Part shown: piece by piece, positions 46,852-56,522 of the stretch | How positions within the stretch are numbered: position 1 is the stretch's first letter | How the letters are laid out: every line of letters starts with the position of its first letter | Sequence record: MN871444.1 | Reading direction: 5' to 3' (one strand) | DNA length: 64,000 nucleotides | Program-made: the position numbers and the translations under genes | Notes under the pieces: generated by a model | Told to the model about the DNA's origin: nothing | What the model saw: the letters and a program-made list of their open reading frames with translations, nothing else | The model's database searches: none

Positions 46852-47029
46852 CTTCAATGACCGGATGCAAATCTTTTTGCGTAATAAAGACGGGCAAATT
46901 CGGTTCTCTGAAAAAGACGCTACCTGGCTGACCCTCTTTGCCGGGGAAGCCGATAGCGTAACGCAACAAATGTCGGGTTTGCAACAGCAGACCACATTAG
47001 ATCGTAATTTGATTAATGAAAAAAAATAA
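46703..47029 (+). CDS. Outer-membrane spanin lipoprotein (Rz1-like), overlapping the i-spanin
   Basis: Lipobox LTA-C in MTSLIKLSSFLILCAALTAC. Starts 149 nt inside the i-spanin in another frame. Confidence 0.75.
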   Translation: MTSLIKLSSFLILCAALTACTQKQIVEKPVVIQQSLEPVSAQLMQPHQNNFNDRMQIFLRNKDGQIRFSEKDATWLTLFAGEADSVTQQMSGLQQQTTLDRNLINEKK

Positions 47030-47070
47030 CGGCATAAATGGAGGAGGCTTGCGCCTCCTCCTATGCTGCG
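47030..47070. terminator. Bidirectional terminator
   Basis: CGGCATAAAT-GGAGGAGGC-TTGC-GCCTCCTCC-TATGC. Confidence 0.75.
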
Positions 47071-47156
47071 TGTAATCTATTTTAAGAAGACCAAAAATAC
47101 TTTGGTGTAACCGCCCGACTTTAGTATAATAATGGCGTATAATTGACCTAAGGCGC

Positions 47157-48104
47157 TTATACGTTAGGTGCATCGATGTTTGTTTGAGACACCACTTTAT
47201 TTGCAGTAAGGGTCTTCGTAACGGTAACGTCTTGTTCCATAGTAACATCCCGTTTCATGGTAACTTCACCATCGATAACCGCTTTACCGTCATAACCATT
47301 TTCGGTGGTTGTTGACAGTGAACCCACTTTTACCAATCCGGTAAATTCACTCAGTGGGCATTCGACTTTCATGGTGTCTGCTTTAACCTTAAAGTTTTTG
47401 CAGGTGAAGTCAATGACCTTAGCTTCTACTGATAACGTATCCGGTGCCACCATGGCTACGTTATTTTTATTCAGTTCCACTTTAGTGCCAGTACTTAACT
47501 GAGCGAGCAGGGCTAGAGATACGGCATCTAAACTGAATTCTTGACCGTTATCGGTAACGACATTCAACACCCCTTCTTTGGTATTAACCTGGATGGTCCA
47601 GGCTACCGGCTCACCATTATTCTTATTCGTGCCCACGGTGATTTGCCCGGTGTGTGTAGACACTTCGGTGTAATACGAGTTTTCTGGGGATGGTGCTGGA
47701 TTGTCCCCATCGGGATTCGGGTTGTTGTTGTAAACATGCGTTACAGTTTCTTGCCTACGCAAGTTATTATCCAGACCCGATTCACGCCAATAATACTTAT
47801 CTTGGTTAGCAAACTGATAAAGCTTTACTCGTTCACCCCGACGCACATCTGGCGCGGTTGTACGATTACCTGTTTCTGGATACCAGGTTGCAGTAAGAGT
47901 AATGTCAGTCATGGTGGAGACTTCATAATTCTTACCTTCTTGGTCTGTACCTTTAGCCTGAATAATGGATGGGTTGGATCTAAACTCACCATCCATGTGA
48001 GGTACCCACTCTATCGGAGTAACCAGGATATCGTTAGAACCAATCGCTTTATGTTGGGTTACCCGACCTATTCCGATTTCACGTAAACCACCTTCATACG
48101 CCAT
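47157..48104 (-). CDS. Baseplate central spike / gpV-like protein (phiKZ gp164-like)
   Basis: OB-fold-like N-terminus with TAPDVRRGERV, followed by a beta-helix-like C-terminus (VTMEQDVTVTKTLTA). Divergent from sbcC. Confidence 0.7.
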   Translation of the reverse strand: MAYEGGLREIGIGRVTQHKAIGSNDILVTPIEWVPHMDGEFRSNPSIIQAKGTDQEGKNYEVSTMTDITLTATWYPETGNRTTAPDVRRGERVKLYQFANQDKYYWRESGLDNNLRRQETVTHVYNNNPNPDGDNPAPSPENSYYTEVSTHTGQITVGTNKNNGEPVAWTIQVNTKEGVLNVVTDNGQEFSLDAVSLALLAQLSTGTKVELNKNNVAMVAPDTLSVEAKVIDFTCKNFKVKADTMKVECPLSEFTGLVKVGSLSTTTENGYDGKAVIDGEVTMKRDVTMEQDVTVTKTLTANKVVSQTNIDAPNV

Positions 48105-48224
48105 GGTAATACCTCGTTTACTGGGGTTGGACTATAGATGAATAGAAATAATGTAAAAAAATACTGGCTTGACTAATTCAATGCCCTATTATTTAGGTTT
48201 GGACCTTGCTGCCACGTAGTGGCG

Positions 48225-48320
48225 TTTATGATCTTAATATAAAAGAGAGAGATCATAAAGAGAGAATATATTAAGATCAGATCATGGGATATACCTGACT
48301 ATGGGTATATCCCCTATATG
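48225..48320. repeat. GATC-rich overlapping inverted repeats plus a GC hairpin
   Basis: TTTATGATCT/AGATCATAAA, TGATCTTAATATA/TATATTAAGATCA and GGGATATACC/GGTATATCCC. Confidence 0.6.
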
Positions 48321-48422
48321 CCGTCTAAGCCTAAAAGGTAGGGTACTATCAGATTATGCCCAAGCTAAATTTATACCGATGAGAAGCATATTTTAGTAAC
48401 CCATTACGTTGAGTAGCCGATT

Positions 48423-50873
48423 ATGGAATTAGAGTCTCTTTTATTGGAAGGGTATAGGCCTTTTTTATTAAACAACATCACTCAATTGCTGTATACCCCG
48501 CAGAGTGCCTATCAGATCATCTTAGGGATGAACGGATGTGGTAAATCTTCACTGATGCGTGAATTAAGTCCCTTGCCAGCAACCCCTGGTGATTTCATTG
48601 ATGGTGGGGTGAAAAAATGGACTGGGCGTCATGACGGGAATCACTACGAACTGACGAGCGAAATAGGTAAACGTAATGCTAAACATTCTTTTATTTGTAA
48701 TGGCGAAGAAATGAATCCGGGTGGTACCGGTGCCGTGCAGAAAGAATTGGTTCAACAGCATTTCAAATTAACTACCGAAATCCATCAGGTGCTGCTCGGC
48801 AAAACCCGGGTTAAATTTACCAACATGGCTCCCGCTAAACGCCAGGAATGGTTTCAATTAATAGCCCCAGTAGATATCACCATTGCAAGAAAACAATATC
48901 AATATTTTCTCAGTAAGGGTCGTTCTCTTACTGAAGTTGAAAAACACCAAAAACAGGAACTGGTGGAAGCCAGTAAACGATTAGGTGACGGGGTTGCCGT
49001 TAAGTTACTTGAAGATGAAATCCAAAAGTTAAGAGAACAGGCACAGGCTTACATGGAAGCCAAAGTCCCCGTGACTACTATGCAGCCGATGAGTCTGACT
49101 GAGCTGGAGAATGCCAGTCGTGCCGTACTTACTTTTGTCCCGGATATCGATTATCCAACGACAGATAGTGTCATGCTGGGCATTGCGTCGATTGAACAAA
49201 AGATAGATGGTTTGGAACGCCGTTATAAAGAACATGTCGATGCCTGTGTTAGGATTGAAAAACAAATTGGGGAAATTGGTGATATAGGGCATTTAGACAT
49301 TTCATTATTAATGGAACAGCTCAATCAACTGGCCGCAGAATTAGCAGCCTGCACCGTGAAAGAACACGTGGTGCCGGAACAACAAGTTAATTCGGTTATC
49401 GATATGTTGTCTGCCAGAATGTCTGAGATTATCCAGGTTCTCGGGTCTATGCCGGTTAAACGGGATGACTTCACTAAAGAACAGAGAATGTCGCGGGGTG
49501 ATATCCTAAACCGATTAACAGAAACTATTCAGACAGACGAATACAAGTTAACCAATCTACAAAACCAACTACATCAGGTAGAGTCAGCACAATCAATTCA
49601 CTGCCCGGCATGCGACCATCAATTTAAACCAGGTATTGAACATAATGCTGCCGACCACATTAAATCGCTGATAGAGAGCACCAATCTAAGCATCCTAACC
49701 AATAAGACTCAAGCAGCTAAGCAAAGAGAATATTTGGAAGAATTTGATATGTGGTATGTTCCCGCCAAACAACTTGCAAGTCTGTTAAGTGGGGACAGCA
49801 TGTATTATGTTAAAGAGATGCTGTATGGGTTGGATGATTTATGGACTGCTCCTCGAAACGCTATTCCCGAACTGATGTCTTGGTTAAATACACTGAAGGA
49901 GTATCAGCGCTATTTATCTTTGCGCGACTCTCACGCAACAACCCAGAAAACGTATAGCATGGCGGTAGACGCTACTGCGAAGGCTAAACGTCAGCAAGTA
50001 GAGGCTTATAGACAACAATACGCGGATGAAGAACTTGCATTATCTAAAGTGCAGGCAAACCTGATGGGCTGTCGAGAAACATTAACGCGTTTAATCCAAA
50101 TTAAACGTAGGTATGTGGAATTTGAACAAAATCAAACCGTATTGTTACAGCAGTACAACAAAGCCATTGATGGAGAAATCGCGTACGCAAATCGTGGGTT
50201 TAATGCCATACTGGATAATTACATCGGTGAAATACATAGTCGGTTGGGTTTATTGGAAAATCAGCGAATCTCTTTAATTCAGGCTGCAAGTCATGTGGAC
50301 AGATTGAATGATTCCTTGAAAGTGTTAGCCCAGGACATAGAAGCATGCCAGGTGCTGACAACAATCCTTTCACCTAAAGACGGATTTATTGCTGAGCAAT
50401 TATCAACGTCGGTAAATGCGCTATGCGATGCCATGAATGCCGTTATCCGAAACGTATGGACTTATGACTTAGAAATATTACCTTGTGGAGTGGACTCAGG
50501 GGAGCTTAATTATAAATTCCCTTTACGTGTCTACGGCAATGATGAATTGCCTCTCGATGATATTTGTGAGGGGAGTGAGTCCCAATGCGAAATGGTTAAT
50601 TTGGCTTTCAGATTAATTGTGATGGCATATCTCTCACTCGCAGGTTATCCGCTGTATCTGGACGAGCTTGGAAGGGAATTTGATGAAACACACGGTAGTC
50701 GGGTAATGCAATATTTGAAACTATTGGTTGATTCCCAACAGGTAAGTCAAGTGTTTCTTATTTCACATAACCCGGCATTACATAGCGTGTTTACGTTAGC
50801 TGATGTAAACATCATCAACACAACCAACATTACTCTTCCAGCGGAATACAACACCTGTATGACAATACAGTAA
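48423..50873 (+). CDS. sbcC: SbcC/Rad50-like ATPase (phiKZ gp165-like)
   Basis: Walker A GMNGCGKSS, long coiled coils with a central CPAC zinc hook, Walker B YLDE, and ISH H-loop. Confidence 0.85.
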   Translation: MELESLLLEGYRPFLLNNITQLLYTPQSAYQIILGMNGCGKSSLMRELSPLPATPGDFIDGGVKKWTGRHDGNHYELTSEIGKRNAKHSFICNGEEMNPGGTGAVQKELVQQHFKLTTEIHQVLLGKTRVKFTNMAPAKRQEWFQLIAPVDITIARKQYQYFLSKGRSLTEVEKHQKQELVEASKRLGDGVAVKLLEDEIQKLREQAQAYMEAKVPVTTMQPMSLTELENASRAVLTFVPDIDYPTTDSVMLGIASIEQKIDGLERRYKEHVDACVRIEKQIGEIGDIGHLDISLLMEQLNQLAAELAACTVKEHVVPEQQVNSVIDMLSARMSEIIQVLGSMPVKRDDFTKEQRMSRGDILNRLTETIQTDEYKLTNLQNQLHQVESAQSIHCPACDHQFKPGIEHNAADHIKSLIESTNLSILTNKTQAAKQREYLEEFDMWYVPAKQLASLLSGDSMYYVKEMLYGLDDLWTAPRNAIPELMSWLNTLKEYQRYLSLRDSHATTQKTYSMAVDATAKAKRQQVEAYRQQYADEELALSKVQANLMGCRETLTRLIQIKRRYVEFEQNQTVLLQQYNKAIDGEIAYANRGFNAILDNYIGEIHSRLGLLENQRISLIQAASHVDRLNDSLKVLAQDIEACQVLTTILSPKDGFIAEQLSTSVNALCDAMNAVIRNVWTYDLEILPCGVDSGELNYKFPLRVYGNDELPLDDICEGSESQCEMVNLAFRLIVMAYLSLAGYPLYLDELGREFDETHGSRVMQYLKLLVDSQQVSQVFLISHNPALHSVFTLADVNIINTTNITLPAEYNTCMTIQ

Positions 50874-50914
50874 TCATATGGCTACGCTATCCTTACTTTA
50901 TTTTGATTAGATTA

Positions 50915-50952
50915 ACAACATATCGGGAGGGCTTTCGCCCTCCCATTTTTTT
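50915..50952. terminator. Bidirectional terminator
   Basis: GGGAGGGC-TTTC-GCCCTCCC followed by ATTTTTTT. Confidence 0.8.
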
Positions 50953-50953
50953 G

Positions 50954-51580
50954 TCAAGTTAATAAACCGTGGTCTTTAAGGATCTGTGCCATTCTGGCAT
51001 TGGTTGCCTTCGAGGCCGCCAGTTGATTCTCCAAGTCAACGATTCTACTGGATAGCGTCGTGTTGTTTGTGATCGCTGCTTGTCTGTTTGCTTCAGCTAT
51101 CTCATGCTGTTCAGCGGTTACGGTAGTCACTAACGTTGCTGTATTAACAGTAACCGGTGCAACCACACCCAACACACTCACCGCAAGCTCACCCACCTGC
51201 TCGACAAAATTCGATAAATCCACGCCAGAATACAATGCCCCCAAATTAACACCCACTACAGTGTATTTATATTCAACCGTAGATTGGTTAGGATATTGCG
51301 CAATGTACGTGCTTGGTACATACATCGTGGCGACGCCAGTATTTGCACCGGCAAGAGTCACCAACATAGCCCCGGCATTTAAATCATCTAAATAATTTTG
51401 TTGAGTTAAACTCTTTGGTGAGTAGTATTCGCTATATACGTCCACCCCAGCAGTCGCCAGATCTTCGAAGCGACGGACGGCAATGCAAGTATACTCATGT
51501 GTCAGGTCGGACACCCACGGCGTCCTCAAGGTATAAATACCCTTTGCATTGAGTGGTGGGACGATGCTGATATTTGCCAT
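50954..51580 (-). CDS. Conserved phiKZ-like virion protein
   Basis: 208 aa, PPLNAKGIYTLRTPW...IAQYP motif pattern, coiled-coil tail. Confidence 0.55.
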   Translation of the reverse strand: MANISIVPPLNAKGIYTLRTPWVSDLTHEYTCIAVRRFEDLATAGVDVYSEYYSPKSLTQQNYLDDLNAGAMLVTLAGANTGVATMYVPSTYIAQYPNQSTVEYKYTVVGVNLGALYSGVDLSNFVEQVGELAVSVLGVVAPVTVNTATLVTTVTAEQHEIAEANRQAAITNNTTLSSRIVDLENQLAASKATNARMAQILKDHGLLT

Positions 51581-51592
51581 GGGTTGGTCCTA

Positions 51593-52921
51593 TTACGAAT
51601 TAAAGAAAGCTTTGGTCAATACCAAATAGTCAGCATCGTTATAGGTCGCCGACACATAGGTATTCCCTCCACGAACAACACGCAACATCCCCTGAGGTAC
51701 GTCGCTAGTAGACGTCATACTCTCAGCCGCATACAGAAGGCTATTTAACAGGATGCAAAACCCTTGCGTGTTTGTTGACATCCGGTCAAAATCCGCAGAA
51801 GTGGTGGACACCGCCAGGTAGTCTGGGTACTGCGCAGTTAGTGTGGTTTCAGCCAGTCTGTTTTCTTGACTACCGATGGCTAAAAACATAACTGACTTAT
51901 ACGGGCTCGCATGAATCGAACAGCCCTGAGATATCCAGGTAGAGCTATAACCATACATCGCAGATTGTGCGGTGGTTAATAGTCCAGGAATTTGGACACC
52001 CGATCCATAAACCCCACTTAATACCGTTTGGAATTCTATTGCAATGTTATTCCATAGTGGTACAATGTAGAATTCAGTGGGAATAAAAAGGTCTGGAAAG
52101 TGCACCCTCCAGATGCTTTCACTATAACTGGTATTTGATAGAATATAGTTTTTAATCGCATCGCGGATGGCATCATCGTTATTCCCTGCTTCACCCCAAA
52201 TGGTGATTAGGAACGTTACTTTGGTGTGTTGAGTGCTGTCCGTGCTATCATACCAAATATAGTCGCGCGCGACGAGATGAGTGTACGCAGTACCGCCGTA
52301 AGCCTGGTTTGCCTTGTTAACCATATCCATGGTATCAATGCTGGCAATCAGCGGGACAAACACCTCAGCGCTTTGATGCATTAAATCGACACTATCAGTC
52401 GGGATGGTAATGCCAATTTCAAAGAAACTATATTGGTTCTCAAAAGCGCTATTGGCGAACCACATTTTAACAGTACTACCATCAGTATCAGATACCAACG
52501 ATAGCGTGATGTATTGCGGCAAATAACGCCCTTGGGCGTCGACCACCATGGAGCCGATATCTTCGATATTGAAGATAGAAGAAAATTCAGAATTAAACAC
52601 CTGCGCGCAGGCAGTAGCATCACTGGTAAATACCAGATTGATGCATTGGGTATAAAACCATTGTGCCGCGTGGAGTAGTGGAGTTTGATATCCGATCGGC
52701 ATCACGATGTTATTGGTGACGGTCGAACCCGAAGATTCTGTAATCGTTTCCACAGAACGAAAACACATTAAAATAGCATCGGGATAAGTATCGCTACCAT
52801 AAATTCCCATATCACGGGAATAGGTTTTAGACTTACGGGACAGCTCGCCTAGCGTGGCAACTGCGCCGTAAGTATTATCGATCAGTCCCTTCATGCCGAC
52901 GAAACAATGAGCACTGTACAT
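51593..52921 (-). CDS. Conserved phiKZ-like virion structural protein
   Basis: 442 aa, FVGMKGLIDNTYGAVATLGELS and FPDLFIPTEFYIVPLW. Confidence 0.55.
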   Translation of the reverse strand: MYSAHCFVGMKGLIDNTYGAVATLGELSRKSKTYSRDMGIYGSDTYPDAILMCFRSVETITESSGSTVTNNIVMPIGYQTPLLHAAQWFYTQCINLVFTSDATACAQVFNSEFSSIFNIEDIGSMVVDAQGRYLPQYITLSLVSDTDGSTVKMWFANSAFENQYSFFEIGITIPTDSVDLMHQSAEVFVPLIASIDTMDMVNKANQAYGGTAYTHLVARDYIWYDSTDSTQHTKVTFLITIWGEAGNNDDAIRDAIKNYILSNTSYSESIWRVHFPDLFIPTEFYIVPLWNNIAIEFQTVLSGVYGSGVQIPGLLTTAQSAMYGYSSTWISQGCSIHASPYKSVMFLAIGSQENRLAETTLTAQYPDYLAVSTTSADFDRMSTNTQGFCILLNSLLYAAESMTSTSDVPQGMLRVVRGGNTYVSATYNDADYLVLTKAFFNS

Positions 52922-53004
52922 TTGCTGCCCCTTGGGTTATGATTTGGCAATAATAAGATGATAAAATGACACTTAACTGGGTCATATCTTAACGGAGAAA
53001 ACCT

Positions 53005-53556
53005 ATGTTCTCAACTTTTTTTAAAATTTTACCGGCATTGTGGCCGTTTTTCGTCGAAATTCTTACCGGGGGTAAGAAAGACGATTTTTACGATACACCC
53101 AGCAAATTAAAATCACTCTTTATTATTTTCGCGGTGCTGGTTGCACTGCTTGGTTACGGGTCATATCAGTTATATAGCGCTTGGGTTGAAATCCAAGAAA
53201 GCCGGCAGACCATTAATCAATTACAATCAAAGTTAGGTGCCTTGACTCCGCAATTGGACGAAAAGAGGTCTCAGATTGTAGAATTGAAACGAGAACTCGC
53301 GGAAAGTAAGTCGGAAGCTCAAGGCTTGCGAAACAACACGGAAGAGTGGCGTTCAAAATACGAAGAAGCGCACCATGAAGCTCAACTTTATGAATTTGAA
53401 TCGACCCAGTTGAGGCTACTATTAAACCAATGTTTGGTGTTGACCCCCACGTTACAAAAATTCAAGGAAAGTAAACACACGCCTGAAAAACTGCTTGAGC
53501 ATAATCGCGCAGTTGATAAATTAAATGGAATGAAACATCAGGTACTACCCAAGTGA
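53005..53556 (+). CDS. Membrane-anchored coiled-coil protein
   Basis: TM helix LFIIFAVLVALLGYGSY followed by a coiled coil of about 70 aa. Confidence 0.55.
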   Translation: MFSTFFKILPALWPFFVEILTGGKKDDFYDTPSKLKSLFIIFAVLVALLGYGSYQLYSAWVEIQESRQTINQLQSKLGALTPQLDEKRSQIVELKRELAESKSEAQGLRNNTEEWRSKYEEAHHEAQLYEFESTQLRLLLNQCLVLTPTLQKFKESKHTPEKLLEHNRAVDKLNGMKHQVLPK

Positions 53557-53617
53557 AAAGTTACGTGGGGGGATAATAACATGATAAAAATTGGACGATT
53601 AATTTAAGGGTATCGTA

Positions 53618-55177
53618 ATGAACAAACTTGAAATGGTCATTTATACGGATGGTGGTTGTAACCCAAATCCGGGAGGTCCGTGTGGGTGGGGGTTCCATGG
53701 ATACGTTTATTCTAGCGATGCGCTAGTAGACACCATACCAAAAAAGATTGATACACCCACGAACTTAGGTTATCTGAACGGTAATAACCTAAAGGAAGCA
53801 CGGGATGCGATTTCTTCCTCAACACATGCCTCAAAAGTACCAGAAATCATGGCATGTAAACCTGAGACCGCAGTGGATGGTTGGGGTGCCATTTATGCAG
53901 ACACCTTGGGCGTAGATAAGACGACAAATAACATCGCTGAACTGATGGCCGCTATACGTGGGGTTCAATTAGCTATTAAGAAAGAAGTTTCCCGGGTACA
54001 CCTCATCCTGGATTCTGAATATACCCTGGGCATCACCAAAGCGGCTCAAGCCTGGAAGCGTAATGGCTGGTTGCGTTCTGACATGACCCCACCCAAAAAC
54101 CTGGAGTTGTGGAAAACATTAGATGCCGTAGTGGAAGAAGCAAAATCCAGAGGGATTCAGGTATCGTGGCAATGGACTAAAGGTCACTCAGATAACATCG
54201 GTAATATCCGTGCGGACCTGAATGCGACCCGTGGAATTAAGCTCTACAAACTCGACAGGATGACCGAAGTATTTGAAGAGTTTCCGTTTAACAAATACGT
54301 TAGTGGAGATTCCAGACCGAGCCGTTTCTTTGGCCACGGGTCTTGGTATTTCTATACCCATCTTGGCGAAGTACCAAAAACAGAAGATGATAGATTCATT
54401 TACTTCTGCGGCGTCCACGATAAACAGTCCACAAAACAGGGCACTCCTAAAGTAACTGCGAGCCGTCGTAAGAACGAACTGTTCGGCAAAGCTTCTGGGG
54501 ATTCTCGTTATTCAATATTGTTTACCAAGGAAAGCGATCCGGTATTGGAAGTTATTCGACAGCATCAGGATGTGGTTTGTGAAAACCCATATAGCAACGT
54601 GGTTGTGGCTGATTTAGACGCCATCTTTAAAGCGCAAAATTACGCAGATATTAGCCGTCATGGCCCGGATTATCTCAATCTGATTTATCCGAACAATGAT
54701 CTATGGACATTATCTGACGACATGCTGACCTTTGAAGCCAATCCACCACGTCTTGCTTTAAGTGCGATGGAAGACCTGGAATTCTTGTGTCGGGTTCTGA
54801 AATCGCATGTTGGGTTGGAATCGTCAGTATCGTTGACAAAGACCGATGTGACTTCGGCATTTTTCGATGTCGAAGAGAAGAAAGGCAAGTCTGTGAAGAA
54901 AATCAAAGCCCATCTCAAACCCGGGGTTAAATCTATCGACCTCGAGGTGAAATACAATTTGGGGGGTGATACCAGGACAATGCCTACCACACTTGCTTTT
55001 GGGATACATTGTCCAGACCGCAATGTGCTTTCTTCACAGGCTGAACGGGATGCCTCGGTTTATTTGGTAACCTGGCCTGAATCGGTATTATCATTTCGGT
55101 ACGCCTTTGTCTTTGAAGCAGGTGGTGACAGCAGCTTGTATTGTGCTGTAGATGCCAACCACGTATTCACGAAATAA
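53618..55177 (+). CDS. rnhA: Ribonuclease H with a large C-terminal extension (phiKZ gp155-like)
   Basis: YTDGGCNPNPG, TNNIAELMAA, LDSEY, NLELWK, WTKGHSDNIGNIRAD. Confidence 0.9.
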   Translation: MNKLEMVIYTDGGCNPNPGGPCGWGFHGYVYSSDALVDTIPKKIDTPTNLGYLNGNNLKEARDAISSSTHASKVPEIMACKPETAVDGWGAIYADTLGVDKTTNNIAELMAAIRGVQLAIKKEVSRVHLILDSEYTLGITKAAQAWKRNGWLRSDMTPPKNLELWKTLDAVVEEAKSRGIQVSWQWTKGHSDNIGNIRADLNATRGIKLYKLDRMTEVFEEFPFNKYVSGDSRPSRFFGHGSWYFYTHLGEVPKTEDDRFIYFCGVHDKQSTKQGTPKVTASRRKNELFGKASGDSRYSILFTKESDPVLEVIRQHQDVVCENPYSNVVVADLDAIFKAQNYADISRHGPDYLNLIYPNNDLWTLSDDMLTFEANPPRLALSAMEDLEFLCRVLKSHVGLESSVSLTKTDVTSAFFDVEEKKGKSVKKIKAHLKPGVKSIDLEVKYNLGGDTRTMPTTLAFGIHCPDRNVLSSQAERDASVYLVTWPESVLSFRYAFVFEAGGDSSLYCAVDANHVFTK

Positions 55178-55189
55178 AGGAGAAACCGC

Positions 55190-55597
55190 ATGTGGTTACG
55201 AAAACTCTTCATCCGGTTACTGCCGGCCCGTATTAAGCGGGCTTTTGTACTGACCGCGTTATATTCAATCTTGACGAAACAGTCTCAAATCAACCCTGAG
55301 GTACTGGCGTCATTAAATGAAAGTTTGCGGTTAGTATCCAACCCCAATAGTTTACAGTTTCCAGCAATGTCGGCATATTGGTTAGACCTACCCGGACTGT
55401 CTGGTTTAGACAACCCAGTTCAGTTAATTGAAGAAGTCACCAATAAGCTTCCTACGTATTGGAAATACGGGATTGAGTTGGATTTTAAACATGATTTGCA
55501 AGAATTGGTGAAATACATTAGACCAGGTACCTACTTTTCGAATACGGCGGTACAGCCTAACGTAATCCCCCATTCGGCATCATGGCATCGGACTTAA
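55190..55597 (+). CDS. Conserved hypothetical protein
   Basis: 135 aa, AAGGAG RBS, amphipathic N-terminus. Confidence 0.55.
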   Translation: MWLRKLFIRLLPARIKRAFVLTALYSILTKQSQINPEVLASLNESLRLVSNPNSLQFPAMSAYWLDLPGLSGLDNPVQLIEEVTNKLPTYWKYGIELDFKHDLQELVKYIRPGTYFSNTAVQPNVIPHSASWHRT

Positions 55598-55609
55598 GGC
55601 ATCATAAGC

Positions 55610-55638
55610 GGGAGGGCTTTCGCCCTCCCTTTATGCCG
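55610..55638. terminator. Bidirectional terminator
   Basis: GGGAGGGC-TTTC-GCCCTCCC followed by TTTATGCCG. Confidence 0.85.
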
Positions 55639-56514
55639 TTAGTGTTTGCTAACGTATTTTCGACCGGCTTCTTCTACTGCGACGGCCAATGCTTCAGCTG
55701 AAGCACACACCATCCCGTAGAATTCCAACATCTTGGCTAAGTTGGCTACATGTCGTGCCAGCGCATCAATGTTCCGCGGCGCCGCGATGTAGGTTTTATC
55801 TGGGTCTACCAGACCGTCGATAAGTTCACCCAGCATGGTGTCCAGATTGCGAACGGTCTCACTCACAGCCTGCGGAGAATGTTCACCTGACATTTTACTG
55901 AGAAGCTCATTGAGCTTGGTTTCCAACAGTTCCCAGTCGCTATTACGCTTAATGACCTGACGATATTTTACCTCAACGGCATGACCTTTAAATGATTTCG
56001 CATGCAGGTCAATAAACTGAGTTGGGTCAAATGTTTTCAGGTGGTTCCCTGGGGCAATAGTGGAAATTTTCTCAGGGTTGTTCAACACCGACCCCACCCA
56101 GGTTTTAAACGGAATCAAGCCAGAATCGTAGAACTCATCCACGGCGTCAGCCATACCAATCAGGAGTTCCACGTACTCCAAATAGGAAGACTGTAGACCT
56201 TCTGGTACTGGCATCTTTAATTCGACGTCATTCAGATACGGGCTGTTTTGAGCCGCTCGAATGGTATCGCCGAGGGTCACCGATCCTCGGAGTTGTTTTG
56301 GGGCATTATCAAACAGAGTAGAAATATACTCAGTAGTAGTGCCCCATAGTTTTTTCAGCTGCTCAGCCAGTTTTTTGTGTACGAAATTGACTTTCAGAGC
56401 CTCTGTAGAAACTGTACGGCCTACCGTGGGAAGCTGGACATAGGCATTGCTGCCAATCACCTTAGATTCCCGGATGATGTCTGAAAGAGTGTAACGAAAT
56501 TGATAAGCCATCAC
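55639..56514 (-). CDS. Virion head protein (phiKZ-like)
   Basis: 291 aa. VSTE|AL site followed by an amphipathic helix. Syntenic next to RNase H and UvsX. Confidence 0.5.
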   Translation of the reverse strand: MMAYQFRYTLSDIIRESKVIGSNAYVQLPTVGRTVSTEALKVNFVHKKLAEQLKKLWGTTTEYISTLFDNAPKQLRGSVTLGDTIRAAQNSPYLNDVELKMPVPEGLQSSYLEYVELLIGMADAVDEFYDSGLIPFKTWVGSVLNNPEKISTIAPGNHLKTFDPTQFIDLHAKSFKGHAVEVKYRQVIKRNSDWELLETKLNELLSKMSGEHSPQAVSETVRNLDTMLGELIDGLVDPDKTYIAAPRNIDALARHVANLAKMLEFYGMVCASAEALAVAVEEAGRKYVSKH

Positions 56515-56522
56515 TGACCCCT

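Noticed and set aside
13147-55638. Repeated GGGAGGGC hairpins as a CRISPR array or mobile element
   Set aside because: The copies are dispersed, each at a gene end, with no spacers or target-site duplications. Best explained as terminators.
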